Assembly (NCBI RefSeq): GCF_001194135.2
Contig: NC_069007.1
Location: forward strand, 10,091,415 to 10,129,510
DNA from: Octopus bimaculoides
Taxonomy: Eukaryota
Reading direction: 5' to 3'
Length of the DNA stretch: 38,096 nt
The notes under the pieces were generated by a model. That model did not search any database and was not told the origin of the DNA. It saw only the letters and a list, made by a program, of their open reading frames with translations. Shown here piece by piece: positions 31,400 to 38,096 of the stretch. The translations under genes and the position numbers were made by a program. Numbering within the stretch: position 1 is the first letter of the stretch; every line of letters starts with the position of its first letter.

Positions 31400-31950
31400 G
31401 CTCACGTTCTGTATGAATACATACATGTGTAGTTAAGTGGCTGTTTTGAGAGAATACTTTACCATAGTGTGTGTTGGCATTCCGTCGCTTACGACATCGA
31501 GGGTTCCAGTTGATCCGATCAACGGAACAACCTGCTCATGAAATTAACGTGCAAGTGGCTGAGCACTCCACAGACACGAGTACCCATAACTTAGTTCTCG
31601 GAGATATTCAGCGTGACACATTGTGACAAGGCTGACCCTTTGAAATACAGGTACAACAGGAAGAAAGAGTGAGAGAGATTTGTGGTGAAAGAGTACAGCA
31701 GGGTTCGCCACCATCCCCTGCCGGAGCCTAATGGAGCTTTAGGTGTTTTCACTCAATAAACACTCACAACGCCCGGTCTGGGATTCGAAACTGTGATCCT
31801 ATGACCGCGAGTCCACTGCCCTAACCACTGGGCCATTACGCCTCCATTTTACCATAGATATAGGGTGATATTCTCTTCCCTGAGTGTACATGTGGATTTT
31901 TCAAGGTACTTCCCTTCAGAATATGATTCACTGAATACACTTGTGTCCAT
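31400..31950 (-). pseudogene. Fossil zinc fingers in the ZF3 3' UTR, split by a SINE
   Basis: After the frameshift stop: LNGHKCI, SEG.STLKNPHVHSG, then the SINE, then YGKVFSQNSHLTTHVCIHTE. AATAAA on the minus strand at 31272-31277. Confidence 0.8.
31468..31847 (-). mobile_element. Full-length tRNA-head SINE family C with 10-bp TSD
   Basis: Minus-strand head GGAGGCGTAATGGCCCAGTGGTTAGGGCAGTGGACTCGCGGTCATAGGATCACAGTTTCGAATCCC; tail GTAAGCGACGGAATGCCAACACAC. TTTACCATAG at both 31458-67 and 31848-57. Confidence 0.92.
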
Positions 31951-32610
31951 TTAAGAAACAATAGACAATGATTTACTGCAGGTGTTGCAGTGATATGGCT
32001 TCTCTCCTGTATGGGTGAGTTTGTGTCTTTTTAAGCTACTTGTCTGAGAGAATGATTTACCACAGATATCACATTTAAAAGGTCTGATTCCTGAATGGCT
32101 ACGCTTATGTTTAGTTAAGGTACTTCCTTCAGAGAACGATTTACCACAGACATCACAGTGATATGGCTTCTCTCCTGTATGAATGTTCTTATGTGCTGTT
32201 AAGTGACTCTTTTGAAAAAATGATTTAGTGCAGACATCACAGTGAAATAGCTTCTCTCCCGTATGAAAGTACTTGTGTTCGGTTAAGTGACATTTTTGAT
32301 AGAATGTTTTGCCACAAATATCACAAAGATATGGTTTTTCTCCGGTATGTGTACGTTTGTGAGTTGTCAAGTGACTTCCTTCAGAGAATGATCTGCCACA
32401 GACATCACAGTGATATGGTTTCTCACCTGTATGTACGCGTATGTGTGTAACTAAGTAGTTATTTTGAGAGAAAGTTTTACCGCAAATATCACAGCGATGT
32501 GGCTTTGCTACTTTGGGAGTTCGTTTGGGAGCTGAGACGTAATCTCTTTGAGAGGATGGCTTTTCACAGATATCACTACTGTCTGTTGATTTCCCTGTCT
32601 CTTCTGCCAT
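31951..32610 (-). CDS. C2H2 zinc-finger protein ZF3, 219 aa, 6 intact fingers plus degenerate N-terminal and truncated C-terminal fingers
   Basis: ORF with C2H2 repeats and TGEKP linkers. The N-terminal DSSDICEKPSSQRDYVSAPKRTP is a finger that lost its Zn ligands. The last finger stops at CNTCSKSLSIVS*. Confidence 0.88.
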   Translation of the reverse strand: MAEETGKSTDSSDICEKPSSQRDYVSAPKRTPKVAKPHRCDICGKTFSQNNYLVTHIRVHTGEKPYHCDVCGRSFSEGSHLTTHKRTHTGEKPYLCDICGKTFYQKCHLTEHKYFHTGEKLFHCDVCTKSFFQKSHLTAHKNIHTGEKPYHCDVCGKSFSEGSTLTKHKRSHSGIRPFKCDICGKSFSQTSSLKRHKLTHTGEKPYHCNTCSKSLSIVS

Positions 32611-33014
32611 CTCTTGAGGAAAATAAACTCAATTCTTTCACTTTCTCACATAAATCATTTTTAAATAATTTATTAATTTCTCCTCTATCACAACTAAATA
32701 TATATATATAGTTGTATTTACAGTATTATCATATATATTTTAACACCTATATTTCCATCAGCAGTGATCGTTGTTGATATCTAAAGATGCTGCAAATCCA
32801 TTCAATTTTAATTATATCCCAAAAATCATGCACACATTCCAAACAGCCAAATAGTGACTTTTGAGAAATTTTGTTTACAAAAGAAATTTCAATGCAATTC
32901 CTCATCTATGCATCAGTTCTGTATATTATCTTCCAGGATACTGAAGTAAAAATATTCTGTCCTGCCAATGTCATCTGATGTTCTGAAATAAAAGAGAAAG
33001 AGAATAAGATATAG
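32611..33014 (-). promoter_or_regulatory. Splice acceptor and uORF-containing leader of ZF3
   Basis: TTTTATTTCAG|AACATCAGATG acceptor (32983/32982); uORF1 32974-32906; uORF2 32905-32747 (52 aa). Homologous to the ZF2 leader. Confidence 0.7.
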
Positions 33015-33064
33015 GAGAGAGTTAGCTGGAATGTTATTATATTGTTCTTTCCTCCTTTACATGT

Positions 33065-33392
33065 TTCGGTCATTGAATTGTTGCCATGCTGAGAACTACA
33101 TTGAAGGGCTTAGTCAAACGGATCAACCCCAATTTTTGTGTTTTTGTGTGGTACTTATTCTATCATTCCTTTGTTGAACTGTTAAGTCATGGAGGTATAA
33201 ACAAACCAATACCAGTTGTCAAGCAGTAATGGGGTGGGACAACAGACACAGAAAGAAGGCTTCTTTCAGTTTCTAACAACCAAATCCACTCCCAAGACTT
33301 TGGCTGGCCCAATGCTATAGTAAAAAACGTGCAGAGGGACTAAACTGAGGACCATAAGGTTGGGAAGTAAACTTCTTAACTACACAGCCACA
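33065..33392 (-). mobile_element. SINE family A, diverged
   Basis: TTTCGGTCATTGAATTGTTGCCATGCTG...GGCTTCTTTCAGTTTC...CTTCTTAACTACACAGCCAC. Confidence 0.75.
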
Positions 33393-33615
33393 TCTAAACC
33401 TTCATCTGGAAAACTGAAGTATTTCATACATCCTTACATTTTGAAGATGTGTGTATACATGTGTATGTATGTGTGTAAACACATATGTTGTCAATATACT
33501 AGTTAACCCATAGCTGTGAGTTTTGCAGATGATACTACTCTCTGGGACAAGTAGTGGCCAAGAGGTGTTTTCAAACTGCTCAAAACCTTAAAACATTCAT
33601 GACCAAAGGGGGTCT

Positions 33616-33873
33616 TTGTGGCTGGTGCAAAATCCCTTCCAGATGTGGTGGTGGAATAATACAGCAGACAAGGCTTGGAAAGCCTGGAAGAGTTGTGGTA
33701 GCAAGGAACTGTACCAGATAACCAGAAGGGAGGCCAGGAGACAAGTATACATAGCCAAGGGAGAAGCAGAAAAGAAGTTTGCTAACATTCGGCGACGTGT
33801 GGACCAAGGAACTGAAGTATTTCGGATTGCAAGACAGTGTGTGAGAGAAAATTGTGATGTCATAGGAAAGTGA
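33616..33873 (+). mobile_element. RTE LINE fragment (endonuclease-RT linker)
   Basis: WWWNNTADKAWKAWKSCGSKELYQITRREARRQVYIAKGEAEKKFANIRRR...VFRIARQCVRENCDVIG. The WWWN...AWK.WK motif is typical of the RTE ORF linker. Confidence 0.75.
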
Positions 33874-34384
33874 TAAAAAAATACATTAAAAAAAAAATAA
33901 ACAATAGTTCGTTAAACATAATATATAATACAAAATAACTTATGATTAAAATACACAAACTCAATGCAAGGTATGAGCTTGTTTTTGTCGAGTAATCTCC
34001 TTTATATTCGGCCTAATTTGAGATAAACAAACTCTCACTTCCCCCATCAACACAAAGCCTTTCCCTGCGTTGGTTTTTGATATTCGTCAGAACCGAAGAT
34101 CCTTGTTCACTGCAATATGTCGTGGAGAACTGTAGTAGAATGGATAATACTTTTTAAGAGACACATGGATATTGTTTCTGGTGGTATATCTAAAAAGAGT
34201 CCAATAGTATTTTAAATTTTGTAATCGTATTCGTTTTTGGCATATGAATATTTTTGAAACTTTCTAAGTCTTTGATTGTCTTTCGATTATTCCGCCGCAC
34301 CGTTTGCGAACCACCGGAATAGGTGATGATACAGGCGGTGCTCCATCATGACCACAACATTTAGGATGAAACACATGAGTAAAT

Positions 34385-34620
34385 ATATATGTGTGTGTGT
34401 GTGTGTGTATTTGTGTTTGTCCCCTCCACCGCCGCTTGACAATTGCTATTGGCTTATTTACGCCCCTTCTATCTATCGGTTCGGCAAACATAACCCAATA
34501 GAGTAAATATCGGGCTTTAAAAATAAGTACTAGGCCTGATTTATTTCAACTACAAAAAGTGGGGGTGGTACCCAAAAGGCGGTGCCCACAGCATGGCTGC
34601 AGGACTATGACTAACACAAG
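34385..34620 (+). mobile_element. SINE family A, 3' half
   Basis: GTGTTTGTCCCCTCCACCGCCGCTTGACAA...GGCGGTGCCCACAGCATGGCTGCAG. Confidence 0.7.
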
Positions 34621-35241
34621 ATATATATACACACACACATTATGATAAAACAGATAAAAAATAATTACATTAGCATCAGCTGAAGCTAAATATATATGTA
34701 TATTTCCAATCGAAGTGACTATATAAAAGATATATTAAGATAAAAGACATATTAATCAGATTCAATGTACCTTGGATTTTGGGCACCTTGACCATCAAGG
34801 AGGGTTACAGAATGAGACAGCAGAAGGGGTAACCTTTTAGGCTGAATTACATTAGAGGGTACTTCTTAATGCCGTTGAAACGAAATATTACTTATCCTGT
34901 ACACAAAACAACGAGTGATGTAGTGTGTGTGTGTGTATATATAGCAAAATGGAACATGTGATAGCTTCTCCAAAGATCTTCCGCTGTTCAGCTCTCTCTA
35001 GAGTTTCTTACTATTGGGAAATATATTAACAGTATGTTTGTTTGCTGATAGTTAAAACAACTCTATCCTTTTTTAAATTTTTATGTTAAATTCATAAATT
35101 AAAGTTAATGAGTGGCAAATCATTAATACGAAAACGTTACTTTTACGTCTGTTTATATATATGTGAAAGAGTTAGGGGGTTGTTGTGGTGGGGACTGATT
35201 TCCGGTGGACCATGCGTATAACGTAATGTGTAAACATGACA

Positions 35242-35552
35242 GGAGGCGCAATGGCCCAGTGGTTAGGGCAGCGGACTCGCGGTCATAGGATCGCGGTTTC
35301 GATTCCCAGACCGGCGTTGTGAGTGTTTATTGAGCGAAAACACCTAAAAGCTCCACGAGGCTCCGGCAGGGGATGGTGACGAACCCAGCTGTACTCTTTC
35401 ACCACAACTTTCTCTCACTCTTTCTTCCTGTTTCTGTTGTACCTGTAATTCAAAGGGTCAGCCTTGTCACACTGTGTCACGCTGGATATCCCCGAGAACT
35501 ACGTTAAGGGTACACGTGTCTGTGGAGTGCCCAGCCACTTGCACGTTAATTT
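35242..35552 (+). mobile_element. tRNA-head SINE family C, truncated by gap
   Basis: GGAGGCGCAATGGCCCAGTGGTTAGGGCAGCGGACTCGCGGTCATAGGATCGCGGTTTCGATTCCC (A and B boxes). The body matches the reverse complement of 31468-31847. Confidence 0.92.
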
Positions 35553-36002
35553 NNNNNNNNNNNNNNNNNNNNNNNNNNNNNNNNNNNNNNNNNNNNNNNN
35601 NNNNNNNNNNNNNNNNNNNNNNNNNNNNNNNNNNNNNNNNNNNNNNNNNNNNNNNNNNNNNNNNNNNNNNNNNNNNNNNNNNNNNNNNNNNNNNNNNNNN
35701 NNNNNNNNNNNNNNNNNNNNNNNNNNNNNNNNNNNNNNNNNNNNNNNNNNNNNNNNNNNNNNNNNNNNNNNNNNNNNNNNNNNNNNNNNNNNNNNNNNNN
35801 NNNNNNNNNNNNNNNNNNNNNNNNNNNNNNNNNNNNNNNNNNNNNNNNNNNNNNNNNNNNNNNNNNNNNNNNNNNNNNNNNNNNNNNNNNNNNNNNNNNN
35901 NNNNNNNNNNNNNNNNNNNNNNNNNNNNNNNNNNNNNNNNNNNNNNNNNNNNNNNNNNNNNNNNNNNNNNNNNNNNNNNNNNNNNNNNNNNNNNNNNNNN
36001 NN
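35553..36002. other. Assembly gap (N run)
   Basis: N characters. Confidence 1.
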
Positions 36003-36034
<32 letters not shown>

Positions 36035-36045
36035 TAGATAGATAG

Positions 36046-36086
<41 letters not shown>

Positions 36087-36108
36087 GATGCATGTATGTA
36101 TGTGTAAT

Positions 36109-36143
36109 CAGGGGCGTGCGGTGATCTTTCTGACTGGGGAAGC
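36109..36143. mobile_element. Candidate terminal inverted repeat (3' terminus) of hAT element
   Basis: Abrupt switch from microsatellite to GC-rich CAGGGGCGTGCGGTGATC...TGGGGAAGC, 140 bp downstream of the transposase stop. CAGGG-type starts are typical of hAT termini. The partner TIR would lie outside the window. Confidence 0.5.
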
Positions 36144-36248
36144 AATTACCAAAATTTTTTGTCACATAGATATTTGAATCAAATTGACATGTTCATATTA
36201 TACAGCTATTCTTAAAATAAACAAAATCACAATTAAAACTTACCCATT

Positions 36249-38096
36249 TTATTTAAATGTTAATTCAATCCTTCTCTCTTTCTTGTTGAAATTGTTGATA
36301 ACATCATTGTAGAAGGTATCGTTCTTAATGCTTTTTAAAACGGCTTTTTCTATGCCAATTAGAGCTAAACTGCTCGACCTTTCTTGTCCCTGCGAATTTC
36401 TCGTATAACTATGAATTCTGTTTAGGTATGAAGAAGAGCGCTCCACTGTAGCACTTATTGTTGGTAGTGTTAATATTAATTCACAAAGCTTCGTTAACTG
36501 GGGCAAAGCTTCATCTAATCCACTATTACGCAGGATGTAAAGTAAATCTTGAATGGATTTTCCTTTTAGTTCAGCATCTTTGTACAGGGCAGTAAGTTCG
36601 CTTCTTAACTTTTGGCTGTCGAAATGGTCTTCATAGGTATGTTTAAGACAAGTTAGAGATGTTTCCTGGACGTTGTTACTTTGTCTCATTGGATCGAGAA
36701 GCGCTAAAAAATGTAATTCATTTAAATTTTGAAATCTTATCTCAATGTGCTCGCAAATTAAATCTATAATTTTGTAGAACAGCTGTCTGTATCTTTCTTC
36801 TTCTGTTTCAAAAGCAGTTTTTCTTTTCTTTATTTGAGGATAAATGCCATCAACGTTAGCCCAAAATTTAGAAAATTCTTGCTTTTTTTCTTTCAAAACT
36901 TTCACAATTTCATTTACTGTATGAATACAGTAGAATACGTCAAATGTATTTTCCTGGAGGATGTCAAATGCTGTATTTGTGTAAATAAAAATATCTCCAA
37001 ACACATTTAACAAAAAATTGAATTCACAATTTTGTAAATTAGAATACAACGACTGAGCATAGGTATAGCTTTCCGTGTCCCATCTACTTGAATTATCAAT
37101 GATGTTTAGGAATAAATCAGCAAGTTGCTCATGATATTCACGAACTGTTTCTACCAAAGAATGATTCAAGTTCCAGCGAGTTGGCGTCACTTTTGGAAAA
37201 CGCTTTTTAATTTCAGTATCTAGATGCACGCGTTTGGTCGACTTACAAAAAAATAACGAAAAAGACTTTATCTGTGAAAAAAACTTATCGCATTCTTGAA
37301 TATTTGCAGCCGCTTGAGACAGAACTAGATTTAATCTATGGGCCATACAATGAACAAAAAAAGCATGAGGATACTTTTCTTTAACTTTCTTTTGCAAACC
37401 ATTTAATTCACTTGGCATCACACTTGCACCATCATAAGTATGAGCCACAAACTTATGGCCAATTTTTAACTCTTCTATTTTATCGAACACAATTTTTGAC
37501 AAACCACTTGCCGTACGATCAAAACTTACATTTAAAAATCCTAAAAATCTTTCTGCAATATTACCGTCACTTAAAACATATCTTATAACAAATGAAAGCT
37601 GTGCTCCAGTTCTAATTTCAGTTGCTTCATCTAAAATGATAGCCACAAATGTTGAATCGTTAATTTCCGATTTAATCTTTTCTAAAAGAACTTCAGCCAC
37701 GCTATTTATTAAATCATTTTGAAATCTGTTTGAAGTGCCAGAAAAAACGCCTTCCTCTTGCAAATTTGATAATATAGGATCGTATTTCTTACAGAGGTGG
37801 AGTATTTCTACGTAATTGCCCTCATTATCAAAATCAGCTGATTCATCATGACCTCTGAATGCTAGTTGTTGTTCACTTAAAAAACAAACTACATCAATTA
37901 ATCGTCTTAAGATCTCCCTATTTTTCTTTACTTTTTCATTATGAGTTTCAATATTCTTTTGATGTTGGCTGTTTAATAAAAAATCAATACGCGTTTTTCC
38001 GAATCTTGTTAAATCAATCACTGATGTTAAATGAGAAGTAGATAGCTCGTGTCTTTTAATGGCTTTATGCAAATTATTTAAATCAGAAAATCCATA
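36249..38096 (-). CDS. hAT-superfamily transposase / ZMYM1-like protein (DUF4371-type + hAT dimerisation domain), at least 615 aa, 5' end outside window
   Basis: The frame is open to the window edge: the ORF-track start at 38072 is TTG, preceded in frame by YGFSDLNN. Motifs HE.S..H (TTF-type Zn finger end), LAFRGHDE, IILDEAT (D), YDGASVM (D), CMAHRLNL (CxxH), PTRW and TVERSSS (E). Confidence 0.9.
   Translation of the reverse strand, partial: YGFSDLNNLHKAIKRHELSTSHLTSVIDLTRFGKTRIDFLLNSQHQKNIETHNEKVKKNREILRRLIDVVCFLSEQQLAFRGHDESADFDNEGNYVEILHLCKKYDPILSNLQEEGVFSGTSNRFQNDLINSVAEVLLEKIKSEINDSTFVAIILDEATEIRTGAQLSFVIRYVLSDGNIAERFLGFLNVSFDRTASGLSKIVFDKIEELKIGHKFVAHTYDGASVMPSELNGLQKKVKEKYPHAFFVHCMAHRLNLVLSQAAANIQECDKFFSQIKSFSLFFCKSTKRVHLDTEIKKRFPKVTPTRWNLNHSLVETVREYHEQLADLFLNIIDNSSRWDTESYTYAQSLYSNLQNCEFNFLLNVFGDIFIYTNTAFDILQENTFDVFYCIHTVNEIVKVLKEKKQEFSKFWANVDGIYPQIKKRKTAFETEEERYRQLFYKIIDLICEHIEIRFQNLNELHFLALLDPMRQSNNVQETSLTCLKHTYEDHFDSQKLRSELTALYKDAELKGKSIQDLLYILRNSGLDEALPQLTKLCELILTLPTISATVERSSSYLNRIHSYTRNSQGQERSSSLALIGIEKAVLKSIKNDTFYNDVINNFNKKERRIELTFK

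Noticed and set aside
35242-35316. tRNA-like sequence with A and B boxes (also 31775-31845 minus, 1482-1550)
   Set aside because: It continues directly into a SINE body found twice in the window and lacks a complete acceptor stem; it is a SINE head, not a tRNA gene.
38070-38072. ORF-track start codon for the hAT protein
   Set aside because: The codon is TTG and the frame stays open to the window edge with conserved-looking residues, so the true start lies outside the window.

Overview
AT-rich, repeat-dense eukaryotic DNA with four assembly gaps. The tRNA-derived SINE families, (TA)n/(CA)n microsatellites and clustered single-exon C2H2 zinc-finger ORFs point to an octopod cephalopod (Octopus); this is inference, not a database match. 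Contents: (1) a spliced minus-strand gene that the ORF track shows only in fragments (coding exons 9929-9675, 6889-6610, 5078-4702; 303 aa). It encodes signal peptide + lysozyme/lytic-transglycosylase-like domain with substituted catalytic motifs + chitin-binding CBM14-like domain + GPI-type hydrophobic tail. (2) Three tandem C2H2 ZNF genes (14, 16 and 6 intact fingers). The convergent pair ZF2/ZF3 share a near-identical splice acceptor, the same uORF layout, a decayed homologous N-terminal domain and fossil fingers in their 3' UTRs. (3) An uninterrupted hAT-type transposase ORF running off the right edge, with a candidate terminal inverted repeat. (4) A degenerate type-I hammerhead ribozyme motif and a 67-bp-arm hairpin in an intron. 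(5) Many SINEs, mariner/piggyBac/hAT MITEs, and maT and RTE relics. All family assignments come from motif recognition by eye and are unverified by search. Repeat boundaries are approximate.
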